Notes: generated by a model from the letters alone, not told the origin. A DNA stretch of 64,000 nucleotides from Chitinophagales bacterium (GCA_965216955.1 CBDCGV010000018.1:470098-534097); one strand, 5' to 3'. Shown: positions 35,855 through 45,675, counted from the first letter of the stretch. Translations and numbers: made by a program.

Positions 35855-37198
35855 CTATTTAAGCATGTTTGAATGTTTTTCAAGTGCTTTAAGATACGTT
35901 TGTTTATGAACATAATATGCCATCCTATCGACTTCCATATATTTAACCCCTCCTCTTAAATCCGGTATTTTACCAGTTACTTTTTTTCTTAAATTAACTG
36001 CTTTTCCACTTTTGTTATTTTTCGCCTCAATATATTTAGCTACCAACTTAGCCTGATCATCTCTACCGTGCCATCCTAATCCTGTGGCTTCTACCATTCC
36101 TAAGACAAATAAGTTATCATGATGTGGTGTAAAAATATTCAGATAAAGCTGAGGGGCCTTACTTTCCGAGGGCCAATTTAAATGTGATTGATCAATAAAA
36201 GGGTAATTCAATTTATACCCTGTTGCTAAAAGCACCATATCGTATGCTTCACTTGATCCATCTTTAAAACGAACTAAATCACCATCAAAACTATCTATAT
36301 CTCTTTTAATATGTACATCTCCATGTCCTAAATGGTATAATACTAAGGTGTTTACAATAGGATGCGATTCATATAATTTATGATCAGGCTTAGGGAATCC
36401 AAGTTTTTGTGGGTTGGGCACAAAGAAAGTTTTTAATAGGAAATTATCCACTTTTTGTTTTAGAAAACTAGGCATCTGAACCAAACCACCTAATGTATCA
36501 GCAGGTTTTCCAAATAAATATTTTGGCACAAAATGGTATCCTCGACGTACACTTAAGTCTACTTTAGCAGCTCTATGAACTGCATCTACTACAATATCAC
36601 AACCACTATTACCGGCACCAACGACTAATACCCGCTTCCCTTCAAAAATATCGGCTGTTTTATATTTGGAAGAATGCATAATTTCTCCAGTAAATTCTCC
36701 CGGAATGTGTGGCTCATTAGGACATGATAGACAACCATTAGCGATGATGACCCCTTTGTACAAATTTGAATCTCCATGATTCGTTGTTACTTCCCAAAAC
36801 TCGCCTTTGGGTTTAACTGATTCAATTTTTGTGTTAAAATAATAGTCTTCATACAAATTAAATGCTTGGCAAAAATCTTTGAAATACTTAAATACTTCCG
36901 AATGATGGGGATAGTCTGCCACGTCTTCTCTCATTGGAAAATCTTTGAACTCCGTCATTTTCTTTGAAGAAATTAAATGCGCTGACTCATAAACGGTACT
37001 GTATTCATTGTTAATATTCCAAAGGCCGCCAAACTCAGAAGCCGCTTCATAGCCATCATATGGAATATTGAGCATTTTCAAATTCCTTGCGCCTGAAATA
37101 CCTGCAGGCCCTCCTCCTATAACAGCGTACTTGTTTTCTGTATCTACAAAAGTTCTTTTTACCTTTTTGTTTATTTCTGCTGGAATAACATTTTGCAT
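35855..37198 (-). CDS. flavin-containing monooxygenase (class B FMO-like)
   Basis: 447 aa. FAD motif VIGGGPAGISG, GGLW, FMO motif FTGEIMHSSKY, NADPH motif VVGAGNSGCD, and ATGY near the C-terminus. Confidence 0.85.
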   Translation of the reverse strand: MQNVIPAEINKKVKRTFVDTENKYAVIGGGPAGISGARNLKMLNIPYDGYEAASEFGGLWNINNEYSTVYESAHLISSKKMTEFKDFPMREDVADYPHHSEVFKYFKDFCQAFNLYEDYYFNTKIESVKPKGEFWEVTTNHGDSNLYKGVIIANGCLSCPNEPHIPGEFTGEIMHSSKYKTADIFEGKRVLVVGAGNSGCDIVVDAVHRAAKVDLSVRRGYHFVPKYLFGKPADTLGGLVQMPSFLKQKVDNFLLKTFFVPNPQKLGFPKPDHKLYESHPIVNTLVLYHLGHGDVHIKRDIDSFDGDLVRFKDGSSEAYDMVLLATGYKLNYPFIDQSHLNWPSESKAPQLYLNIFTPHHDNLFVLGMVEATGLGWHGRDDQAKLVAKYIEAKNNKSGKAVNLRKKVTGKIPDLRGGVKYMEVDRMAYYVHKQTYLKALEKHSNMLK

Positions 37199-37274
37199 AG
37201 CTTAACTGTTTGCTCGAAGATACGCACGTAACTTTTTGAATGCTTTGATCTTTATCAAGTTCGTTTTAGACGGT

Positions 37275-38171
37275 TTATTTGTTGACGTTTATCAAGTCTT
37301 GTTCTTTTTTCTTAAATCTGAGGTTTGATCTAATTCCTAAATTAAATGCCCCATAATTTCGCTGTAATTTATCAGAACTAAAACCTATATGTATTCCAAA
37401 CATCAACCGACAATAATCCGGTCCAGCTCCAAACCCAGTATATACTTCACTAAGAAAAAAACTTTTATTTTGTTGATAGTACACCATGGGATTTAATGCA
37501 GTGTTATCTTCCGTAAAAGCCTGTTGTACAAGCTCTAATTTTGGGTCGTAACGAAACAAATTTTGATAAGCAAAACTCACGGCAGTATGAAATTCAAACC
37601 AATCATTTTGTACACTAAAAGATGGCTGCACAAAAAATCTAAAAAAGCTTTCGTCAATTTTATAATACCCCAAGTCAAATCGCTCATGTAAAAAAATAAT
37701 AAAAAGATCTTGCGGAGTTTGAATGACGAACAAGTCGTGAAATCCTTGATCTACCTCTACATAATTTTGACTAAAAGATAACCCAATCCCCCCTTTTATA
37801 TCAAAACCGTAATCTACTTTTTTATCACTTGTATAATTTTTATAGTAATTGAAGTAAGGCGCAACATAGTTCGACTTGAATGGTTTATATGTACTAAATT
37901 TATAATTGCTTCCAATTGAAAATTGATTGGTTACTGCATATTCACTTTGAAAATCAAAAGCCATTACCCTTTCAAATTCATAACGAACATTCTCGCCATA
38001 ATTATCCCATCCATTATATGTTTGATAGTTGGCCGATAAACTAAACTCCTTCTTTTCCTTAATGGATGATGGTGCCGTAATGATAGGCTGCACTGAGGTT
38101 GCCGTGGTATAAATTCTTGTGCAAGCACTACTTATAAAAAGTAGTATAATAAAATATTTGGAAGTTCTCAT
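37275..38171 (-). CDS. hypothetical lipoprotein, aromatic-rich beta protein (possible outer-membrane protein)
   Basis: 298 aa. Lipobox FISSAC. Y/F/N/S-rich alternating strands. No motif recognised. Confidence 0.5.
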   Translation of the reverse strand: MRTSKYFIILLFISSACTRIYTTATSVQPIITAPSSIKEKKEFSLSANYQTYNGWDNYGENVRYEFERVMAFDFQSEYAVTNQFSIGSNYKFSTYKPFKSNYVAPYFNYYKNYTSDKKVDYGFDIKGGIGLSFSQNYVEVDQGFHDLFVIQTPQDLFIIFLHERFDLGYYKIDESFFRFFVQPSFSVQNDWFEFHTAVSFAYQNLFRYDPKLELVQQAFTEDNTALNPMVYYQQNKSFFLSEVYTGFGAGPDYCRLMFGIHIGFSSDKLQRNYGAFNLGIRSNLRFKKKEQDLINVNK

Positions 38172-38179
38172 TAAACCAC

Positions 38180-38491
38180 CTAGTTAAGATCAATATCTTG
38201 GTTTAATTTTTTCAAATTTTCTCCAACATTATCTAAATCTTTTGATAGTTCGTCTAAACCCCTTTGAATAGAATCTAGCTCTGTCTTCATTTCCGTATTG
38301 ATCTTATTATTGAGTTCTTCCAACTGCTTTTTTTCTCTTTCAATACGTTCTTCCAATTGCTGTCTGCCCAAATCTCGAATAAATTCTTGTTGTTTTTTCT
38401 TTCTTTTATTATCTGCAACAGAACGCATCATAAAACCAATAGACATGATGATTGCCATCATTCCAACTGCTACTCTAACTTTTCTATTCAT
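38180..38491 (-). CDS. hypothetical membrane-anchored coiled-coil protein
   Basis: 103 aa. One N-terminal TM (VAVGMMAIIMSIGFMM), then a charged heptad-like helix. It sits 8 nt upstream of the next gene. Confidence 0.5.
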   Translation of the reverse strand: MNRKVRVAVGMMAIIMSIGFMMRSVADNKRKKKQQEFIRDLGRQQLEERIEREKKQLEELNNKINTEMKTELDSIQRGLDELSKDLDNVGENLKKLNQDIDLN

Positions 38492-38538
38492 ATTGTTTAT
38501 TTTTTAATCAAGAACCTAGATTAATCCAAATTCTAACA

Positions 38539-39135
38539 CTACATACTCATTTTTTTTCTTATTCTACTTAAAGTTTCAGGTTTAACCCCAAGTATAGATG
38601 CGATATATTGCAATGGTATATACCTCAATAATTCGGGCTGCTCAATAGATAGTGCCTTGTATCTTTCTTCTGCGGTTAATGAAATTAGTGCCAATATTCT
38701 TTTTTCCAATAAAAGATGACTTCTTTCAATCGCCATCCTACCAATCGTTTCCCAATGGTGATATTTACGATACAAGGCTTCTATATCTTCTTTAGTAACC
38801 ACCAATGCTTGTACATGGGTAATGGCTTGAATATTTTCCAAGGATGATTCTTGCATGATAAAGCTAGAAAGTGCTGTCACAAAAGCATCTTTTAAAAGCA
38901 CAAATCGCGTAATATCATTACCATTAATATTGTAAAATGAGCGTACCGCTCCATCTAATATAAAGGCAATCTCCTTACAGGTATTTCCTCCTTTATGTAA
39001 AAATTCGTTGCGTTTATATTCTCGATATCTAAAATAAGGAACTGCCGCTTCAAAATCCTCATCGTCGATAATATTGAACTGATCGAGAAATTTTCTAAAC
39101 TTATCTAACTGTTCTACTCTAGTAAATTTCGCCAT
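38539..39135 (-). CDS. Crp/Fnr family transcriptional regulator
   Basis: 198 aa. cNMP-binding-like beta-roll (FLHKGGNTCKEIAFILDGAVRSF) and a C-terminal HTH (QYIASILGVKPETLSRIRKK). Confidence 0.85.
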   Translation of the reverse strand: MAKFTRVEQLDKFRKFLDQFNIIDDEDFEAAVPYFRYREYKRNEFLHKGGNTCKEIAFILDGAVRSFYNINGNDITRFVLLKDAFVTALSSFIMQESSLENIQAITHVQALVVTKEDIEALYRKYHHWETIGRMAIERSHLLLEKRILALISLTAEERYKALSIEQPELLRYIPLQYIASILGVKPETLSRIRKKMSM

Positions 39136-39219
39136 AAAACTCCATCTGTATTAGCAAAATACGAATTTGACTTTCTTATTGCAAATGCTTCGGAAAGAAG
39201 TTCAAAAAGTAAAAGTTAT

Positions 39220-39876
39220 TCAACCAATTTTAATCACTTGGTTGTCAGCAATGGCAAATACGCGACTGTCTTTTGAGGGCTTTATTCTATATGTTCCAGT
39301 AAAGCTTCCAAATGCAGGTAAAATAGCTTGCTTTTTATCGAAATAAAAACATGGTAATCTCAATGATTGTTTTCCTTTTCCTATCAAACGAACACATGGA
39401 TGAATATGTCCGCATATATTAAACTCCTGCTCTCCTATTTCATTAAGAAGCAATGGTTCATGCGTAAAAACAAATGGATCTATTTTGAGACGATCTTCAA
39501 AAACTGAAAGTCCCACATTTAGATACTTCTCTTTTTCAAATAAATCATGATTCCCTAAAACCAAGTCAAAACGAATATTATTATCAAATTTAGACATCCA
39601 TTTAACAAAAGCATTCCATTCTCTATTTTCAACGCTATGGAACAAATCACCCAGAAAAATAACACGGTTTGGTTTATATAGCATTAGCAAACCATTTAAT
39701 CTTGCAATATTTTCTTTCTGTACCGCATTTGGAATCGCAATACCAGATTTTCTAAAATGACTTACCTTTCCCAAGTGAATATCAGAAACAATTAAAATAG
39801 ATTGCTCTTGCCAAAGCATAGCTTTTTGTGGAAGCAATCTTTGGTTTTGCCCGTTTAGAGTTATAATTTGTTTCAT
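39220..39876 (-). CDS. pdeM: PdeM-like metallophosphoesterase (ligase-associated DNA damage response endonuclease family)
   Basis: 218 aa. LLPQKAMLW....LIVSDIHLGKVSHFRKSGIAIP, then FLGDLFHS, GNHD and GHIHP metallophosphoesterase motifs. Confidence 0.7.
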   Translation of the reverse strand: MKQIITLNGQNQRLLPQKAMLWQEQSILIVSDIHLGKVSHFRKSGIAIPNAVQKENIARLNGLLMLYKPNRVIFLGDLFHSVENREWNAFVKWMSKFDNNIRFDLVLGNHDLFEKEKYLNVGLSVFEDRLKIDPFVFTHEPLLLNEIGEQEFNICGHIHPCVRLIGKGKQSLRLPCFYFDKKQAILPAFGSFTGTYRIKPSKDSRVFAIADNQVIKIG

Positions 39877-39894
39877 GAATTAAAAAACAAAATA

Positions 39895-40257
39895 ATGCAT
39901 TTAATAGCAAAAATTTTCATCGGCATAGTAGCACTAGAACATTTATACATTCTATGGTTAGAAATGTTTGCCTGGACAACTAGGGGGCCTAAAGTTTTTA
40001 ATACTTTTCCGAGGGACTTGTTTGAGCCCACTAAAGCATTGGCGGCCAATCAGGGATTGTACAATGGATTTCTTGCTGCTGGCTTAATTTGGGCTCTATT
40101 AATTAAAAATACTCTTTGGGCAGAAAATGTCTCTATATTTTTCTTGGGATGTGTTATAGTTGCCGGGATTTATGGAGCGATTTCCGCTCATCCAAAAATA
40201 TTCTTCGTTCAAGGAATGCCGGCAGTAATTGCCTTAGTGCTTGTACTTATTCTATAA
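39895..40257 (+). CDS. DUF1304-type small membrane protein
   Basis: 120 aa from the internal ATG; the track start at 39868 overlaps the pdeM start. Motifs VALEHLYILWLEMFAW and NQGLYNGFLAAGL. Confidence 0.7.
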   Translation: MHLIAKIFIGIVALEHLYILWLEMFAWTTRGPKVFNTFPRDLFEPTKALAANQGLYNGFLAAGLIWALLIKNTLWAENVSIFFLGCVIVAGIYGAISAHPKIFFVQGMPAVIALVLVLIL

Positions 40258-40273
40258 AGGAAATAATCAAATA

Positions 40274-41176
40274 CTAAAGCTTTTTACCTTCAACAACAAT
40301 ATCTGAAGTAATAGACATTGGTATTTCCATCCCTTGCGCTTTCACCAACTGATCTAAATTCTGATGAATTTTAGATTTAATTGTTAATCCAGAAGGTATA
40401 TCCACTTCAATAGTACCGCTTTGTGTCCCACTCATTTCTATTTCAGCACCAGGAAGTACCATGTTTTCTTTTTCACCTGCCTCAATTGTGGAGTTAACTT
40501 CGAGTTTAGCTATATTTCCAACAACAGATTTCAACTTATAATCATTCTTAATTACCATATGTATTGGAGCCTCTATATCCATTTGCACTTCCCATGTATC
40601 CCCTACCTTTACCGGTTCTTTTGGAAAAACTTTAAAACCATTTTCCATTGTTTTAGCAATAGCTTCTTCGCTAAATTGTCCCTTCATATTTTGCGCCACC
40701 ATTTCTCCTCCAGCACCAACATTTTCCATCATTGCCTCTAATAATTCCTCTATACCATCCACATCTACAACATTTCCTTCTCCGTCAACATCTATAACAA
40801 AGGATTGGTTTACCATTGATCCCATTACATCCCTTAAGATATTTGAAGAGTCTGTAGTTGCATCTTCTGAATCATAAGACAAATCCATAAAACCATTTTT
40901 GTTAATCATCTTTATTCGATCATAAGTAGTTTTAATGGTTTTAATCCCCTCTTTGTCGTCAATTACATTAAAACTATACCCCATTAACATTTCTTGGTCC
41001 ATTTCCAATTTTTGACCCATCATTTCCTGATTGATCTTTTGACTAGTTGTAAAAGTATAGTAATAATTTTGTCCTTTTTCAAGGTTAAACTTTAACTCAA
41101 TAGGGTCATTTGATTTACAAGAAATCAATAAAAAAAACATCCCGTAAACCATAAAAAACTTGAACCAATTTTTCAT
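40274..41176 (-). CDS. hypothetical lipoprotein
   Basis: 300 aa. Lipobox LLISCKSN. Acidic and Met-rich. No motif recognised. Confidence 0.55.
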   Translation of the reverse strand: MKNWFKFFMVYGMFFLLISCKSNDPIELKFNLEKGQNYYYTFTTSQKINQEMMGQKLEMDQEMLMGYSFNVIDDKEGIKTIKTTYDRIKMINKNGFMDLSYDSEDATTDSSNILRDVMGSMVNQSFVIDVDGEGNVVDVDGIEELLEAMMENVGAGGEMVAQNMKGQFSEEAIAKTMENGFKVFPKEPVKVGDTWEVQMDIEAPIHMVIKNDYKLKSVVGNIAKLEVNSTIEAGEKENMVLPGAEIEMSGTQSGTIEVDIPSGLTIKSKIHQNLDQLVKAQGMEIPMSITSDIVVEGKKL

Positions 41177-41232
41177 ATATCAGATTTTAATTCACACCTT
41201 AATTAAGCGGTATGATTAATAAAGATTACCTA

Positions 41233-42639
41233 CTATAGGTTTTTAATTTCTGCAGCTAACTCTTGCAAAGAGTTTTTAGCATCACCAAACAACATACCAG
41301 TATTGCTTTTAAAGAACAGCGGATTTTGAATACCAGCATAACCAGGCTTCATACTTCTTTTAAACACAACTACATTTTTTGCTTGCTCTACATTCAGTAC
41401 CGGCATTCCATATATAGGACTTCCTGGATCATCATTTGCAGCAGGGTTTACAACATCATTTGCACCAATAACCAAAACAACATCCGTTGTAGGGAATTGC
41501 GGATTGGCATCGTCCATTTCCAACAGTTGAGGGTATGGAACATCCGCTTCTGCTAACAAAACATTCATATGTCCAGGCATTCGACCTGCCACCGGGTGAA
41601 TCGCATATTTAACTTCTACGCCATTAGATTCTAATAATTTCCCAACCTCATGAACGGCATGTTGAGCTTGAGCTACTGCTAAACCGTAACCAGGAACAAC
41701 AATAACTTTTTCAGCATAGTAACACATAATTGCGGTATCAACGATATTCACTTCTTTATGAACTTGTTCTCCTTCAACGCCTTTAGATCCTCCTCCTGAA
41801 GCTCCAAAAGCTCCAATCAGTACATTCATAAGCGACCTATTCATCGCTTTACACATCAAAACAGTTAAAATGATACCGGCAGAACCTACCAAAATACCAC
41901 CAGTAATCATAGATTGATTGTTGAAAAGCAACCCAGTGAATGTTGCTGCGATTCCGGTAAAAGAATTTAAAAGCGAGATTACTACTGGCATATCTGCGCC
42001 ACCAATTGGCAATACAAACAACACACCATAAATTAATGCTAAGCCACATAAAATGTATAAATGCATAGGATTAGGCTGCTCTCCAATTATTAGTAGTACG
42101 CCTAAAAGAATCATGCCAGCGATCAACAACAGATTTATCATTTGCTGTCCAGGAAGTACTTTATCCTTAATTTTTCCTTGCAGTTTACCATAAGCGATGA
42201 TACTTCCTGTAAAGGCTGTGCCACCTATAATGATTCCCATAATTAAAGAAATGTATTGTCCCATTGCTCCCATTCCAGAAGCCCCATTATTTATTAGGTT
42301 ATAAAATTCTCCTATAGCAATAGCTAATGATGCAGCTCCCCCCATACCATTGAAAAAGGAAACCATTTCAGGCATTGCTGTCATCTTAACCGTTTTAGCC
42401 ATGTAACCTCCGACCATTCCTCCAATGCCAATGGCGACAAATACAAAAAGGTAATTAATCAATTGTGCTTGTGCTTGAAAGCCTATAATAATTATTGTGG
42501 ACACCATTGCTAGAATCATCCCAAATGCTGCAACAGCATTACCCTTTTTTGCAGAATCTGGTGAACTTTGCAATTTAAGACCCCAAATGAAAGCTACTGC
42601 CGCTATCAAATAAACTATTTGTAATATATATTCAGTCAT
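41233..42639 (-). CDS. pntB: NAD(P) transhydrogenase subunit beta
   Basis: 468 aa. N-terminal membrane domain, then the dIII NADP(H) domain (VPGYGLAVAQAQH...HPVAGRMPGHMNVLLAEA...GANDVVNP). Confidence 0.93.
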   Translation of the reverse strand: MTEYILQIVYLIAAVAFIWGLKLQSSPDSAKKGNAVAAFGMILAMVSTIIIIGFQAQAQLINYLFVFVAIGIGGMVGGYMAKTVKMTAMPEMVSFFNGMGGAASLAIAIGEFYNLINNGASGMGAMGQYISLIMGIIIGGTAFTGSIIAYGKLQGKIKDKVLPGQQMINLLLIAGMILLGVLLIIGEQPNPMHLYILCGLALIYGVLFVLPIGGADMPVVISLLNSFTGIAATFTGLLFNNQSMITGGILVGSAGIILTVLMCKAMNRSLMNVLIGAFGASGGGSKGVEGEQVHKEVNIVDTAIMCYYAEKVIVVPGYGLAVAQAQHAVHEVGKLLESNGVEVKYAIHPVAGRMPGHMNVLLAEADVPYPQLLEMDDANPQFPTTDVVLVIGANDVVNPAANDDPGSPIYGMPVLNVEQAKNVVVFKRSMKPGYAGIQNPLFFKSNTGMLFGDAKNSLQELAAEIKNL

Positions 42640-42655
42640 GATTTAAATGCTATGC

Positions 42656-43783
42656 TTATTGTAAAGAATTTTGAACACGCTCATTTTTTACTTGCCCCGC
42701 ATGTGTAATACATGTTCCTGCAACGATATCATCTTCAAAATTAAGATTAAAATCTCCCTCAGGTGTTAACATCAATTTTAAGAAGTTGATGACATTCTTA
42801 CCATACATTTTACTTGCATCTATAGACATGCTAGAAGGTAGATTGGAATCTCCAATTATACTAACACCGTGTTTTTCAACTATTAGATTGTCTTCTGTCA
42901 ATTCACAGTTGCCTCCTGTGGAAGCCGCCAAATCAACAATCACAGATCCTGATTTCATGGCCTCTACCGTTTCTTTTTTTATTAAAATTGGCGCTCGTCT
43001 GCCAGGAATTTGAGCCGTACAAATCACTACATCCGATTTGATTGCATGGTCCTGAATAACTTGAGATTGTTTCTTTTTAAACTCCTCCGTTTGTTCTACA
43101 GCATATCCTCCTGCGGCCTTATCTTCTGTTGCTCCTTCTACCTCAACAAACTTAGCTCCCAAACTCATTACCTCCTCTTTAACAGCAGAGCGTACATCAA
43201 AGGCTTCCACAACTGCACCCAAACGACGAGCAGTTGCAATGGCCTGCAATCCGGCTACACCTGCTCCCAAAACCAATACTTTAGAAGGCTTTATACTTCC
43301 AGCAGCCGTAATATACATAGGAAAAAAGTGCGGTAATAAACTTGCAGCTTTCAAAACTGCTTTATAACCAGCAACCGATGCCATAGAAGAAAGTACATCC
43401 ATAGACTGTGCACGTGTTGTTCTTGGAACAAAATCCATGCTAAAAGAAGTTGTGTTTTTATCTCTTAGTTTTTTAACTAAATCGTGATTCGCCAAAGGTG
43501 ATATCATATTCATCAACACCTGGTTTTGCCCAATTTTATCTACCTCGTCAAGCGACAAAGCATTAATTTGACAAACTACATCTGCTTTTTCAAAAACTTC
43601 ATTTCTACTTGCCAACGTTGCACCTACGGCTGTATAATCATCATCTGAATAAAAAGCACGCTCGCCCGCTCCCTGTTCCACAATTGAATCAACATTTAAC
43701 TTTTTAAGCTCTGCTATACCTTCGGGAAGCATGGAAACCCTAGTTTCATTTCCCGGTTCTTTAAGAATTCCTATTACCATCAT
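42656..43783 (-). CDS. pntA: NAD(P) transhydrogenase subunit alpha, part 1 (soluble dI, AlaDH-like)
   Basis: 375 aa. E.RV...P start, Rossmann motif VLVLGAGVAGLQAIATARRLGA. It ends without any transmembrane segment. Confidence 0.92.
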   Translation of the reverse strand: MMVIGILKEPGNETRVSMLPEGIAELKKLNVDSIVEQGAGERAFYSDDDYTAVGATLASRNEVFEKADVVCQINALSLDEVDKIGQNQVLMNMISPLANHDLVKKLRDKNTTSFSMDFVPRTTRAQSMDVLSSMASVAGYKAVLKAASLLPHFFPMYITAAGSIKPSKVLVLGAGVAGLQAIATARRLGAVVEAFDVRSAVKEEVMSLGAKFVEVEGATEDKAAGGYAVEQTEEFKKKQSQVIQDHAIKSDVVICTAQIPGRRAPILIKKETVEAMKSGSVIVDLAASTGGNCELTEDNLIVEKHGVSIIGDSNLPSSMSIDASKMYGKNVINFLKLMLTPEGDFNLNFEDDIVAGTCITHAGQVKNERVQNSLQ

Positions 43784-43867
43784 TGGATTAATTGGTGGTG
43801 CAAAGCTAAAAAAAACTACTATATGCTATAAAAACTATTCATTAATTTAATCCACACTTAAAAGAAG

Positions 43868-43883
43868 TTCAAAAGCTTTTGAA
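43868..43883. promoter_or_regulatory. perfect 16-bp palindrome in the pntA / rhomboid divergent intergenic region (candidate operator)
   Basis: TTCAAAAGCTTTTGAA lies 85-100 nt from the pntA start and 84-99 nt from the rhomboid start. Confidence 0.3.
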
Positions 43884-43966
43884 AACGAATTAAAAAACAA
43901 ATGAACTTTGAGTTACAAAAAGTGCTTTACTTTTATGCTTTAATCATCGGATCCAATCTGAAATAA

Positions 43967-44590
43967 GTGATGAAAAACAGAATTGCTTTTATCTTTCCGC
44001 TTTCACTAATATTGATAACTTGGGTGCTCAAAAGCCTTGAAGTTATTCTGAGTATTGATTTGGGGTTTTTCGGGGTTAAACCCAGAGATATTTCAAGTTT
44101 AATAGGCATCATCACCAGTCCCTTTATACATGGTAGCTGGGGACATTTAATTTCTAACACGCTCCCCTTCTTCTTTTTAACCTTTATATTGTTTATTAGC
44201 TATCGATCTTTTGCTTGGGCTGTATTTATTTTCATCTTTATACTCACAGGTTTAAGTGTTTGGCTCTTTGCAAGAGGCGGGGTATATCATATTGGTGCAA
44301 GTGGTGTGGTATATGGCTTGGCTTCCTTTCTTTTTTTTATGGGTGTTTTCAGAATGGAAGGTAAATCCATTGCGGTTGCTTTATCCGTGGCCTTACTTTA
44401 TGGAGGTATGGTTTGGGGTATTTTTCCGACGGTTCCCGGTGTATCTTGGGAATCTCATCTTTTTGGTGGTCTTGTAGGAGGTTTTGTTGCTTACCTATTT
44501 AGAAAAAGAGAGCTTCCTATTATACCATTAGAGGATAGTGATACACAAAAGGATTTTAAAAGTTATGTTAGGGATAGGAGTATTGAGTAG
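43967..44590 (+). CDS. rhomboid family intramembrane serine protease
   Basis: 207 aa polytopic. HGSWGHLISN, catalytic GASGVVYGL, and a downstream SHLFGGLVGG His. Confidence 0.8.
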   Translation: MMKNRIAFIFPLSLILITWVLKSLEVILSIDLGFFGVKPRDISSLIGIITSPFIHGSWGHLISNTLPFFFLTFILFISYRSFAWAVFIFIFILTGLSVWLFARGGVYHIGASGVVYGLASFLFFMGVFRMEGKSIAVALSVALLYGGMVWGIFPTVPGVSWESHLFGGLVGGFVAYLFRKRELPIIPLEDSDTQKDFKSYVRDRSIE

Positions 44591-44652
44591 TCTATCTATT
44601 GCTCCCAAATTCAGAGCTTGAGTAAACTTTTAAAGTTAAGGTCCATGATATA

Positions 44653-45675
44653 TTAGACTTCTCCCCTCTCTTTAATCAAATCGATAAAGTATTTTACATT
44701 TTCCCATGGAGTATCCGGATAAACACCATGGCCTAAGTTGACAATGTGTTTCCCCTTTCCAAAAGCATTTAACATTTCAGTTGTTTTCGATTTGATAAAT
44801 GATTTATCTGCATATAGTACACATGGATCTAAGTTTCCTTGCAACACCTTATCAGGCACTTTCACTCTCCCTATTTGAGGATCAATGGTCCAATCCAATC
44901 CAACAACTTCACAGTTTAGGTTATTCATCTGTTCCAATCCAAAAAAAGCACCTTTTGCAAAAACGATAACAGGCACTTCGGTTATGCTATTGCAAATTTT
45001 TTGAATGTAGGGTAAGCCAAAATCACTAAATAATTGAGGAGATAAAATGCCCGCCCAACTATCAAAAACCTGAACAATATCAGCTCCCTGACGAATCTGA
45101 AGTTTCAAATAAGTGATAGTCGCTTCTGTTATCTTATCTAATAATTGATGCGAATGCTCTGGAAATTGATATAAAAATCTTTTTGCCTTTGAAAAAGTTT
45201 TAGAACCTTGTCCTTCAATCATATAAGAAAAGATGGTCCATGGTGCCCCGGCAAACCCAATTAAAGGTACTCTATTGTTAAGCGCTCGTTTGGTCAGTTC
45301 AATTCCTTTCAATACATACTGAAGTTTATCTTCAACACTATTCGTTGTCAACAATTCGATATCATTACCAGATTCTATTGTTTTTGGGAAAAATGGTCCT
45401 TTTTTTTCGATCATTTCATAATCTAAGCCCATTGCCTCGGGAATAACCAAAATATCAGAAAAAATAATTGCCGCATCAACTCCAAGAATATCTACCGGTT
45501 GTAAAGTCACCTCCGTAATCAGTTCCGGAGTAGACACCAGCTCTTTAAATCCCGAAACACTTGCTCTAACGGCTCTATATTCAGGCAAAATCCTTCCCGC
45601 TTGTCGCATTACCCAGACGGGTGGCCTTTCTGTTTTTTCTCCTTTGGCAGCTCGTAATAACAAATCATTTTCCAT
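44653..45675 (-). CDS. hemE: uroporphyrinogen decarboxylase
   Basis: Starts [28 protein letters not shown] from the ATG at 45675; the track uses a TTG 9 nt upstream. Strong HemE N-terminal signature. Confidence 0.92.
   Translation of the reverse strand: MENDLLLRAAKGEKTERPPVWVMRQAGRILPEYRAVRASVSGFKELVSTPELITEVTLQPVDILGVDAAIIFSDILVIPEAMGLDYEMIEKKGPFFPKTIESGNDIELLTTNSVEDKLQYVLKGIELTKRALNNRVPLIGFAGAPWTIFSYMIEGQGSKTFSKAKRFLYQFPEHSHQLLDKITEATITYLKLQIRQGADIVQVFDSWAGILSPQLFSDFGLPYIQKICNSITEVPVIVFAKGAFFGLEQMNNLNCEVVGLDWTIDPQIGRVKVPDKVLQGNLDPCVLYADKSFIKSKTTEMLNAFGKGKHIVNLGHGVYPDTPWENVKYFIDLIKERGEV

Noticed and set aside
43933-44160. 75-aa minus-strand ORF upstream of pntA, considered as the missing PntA alpha2 subunit.
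   Set aside because: It is not hydrophobic or polytopic. It overlaps the well-supported rhomboid gene on the other strand, and it sits upstream rather than between pntA and pntB.
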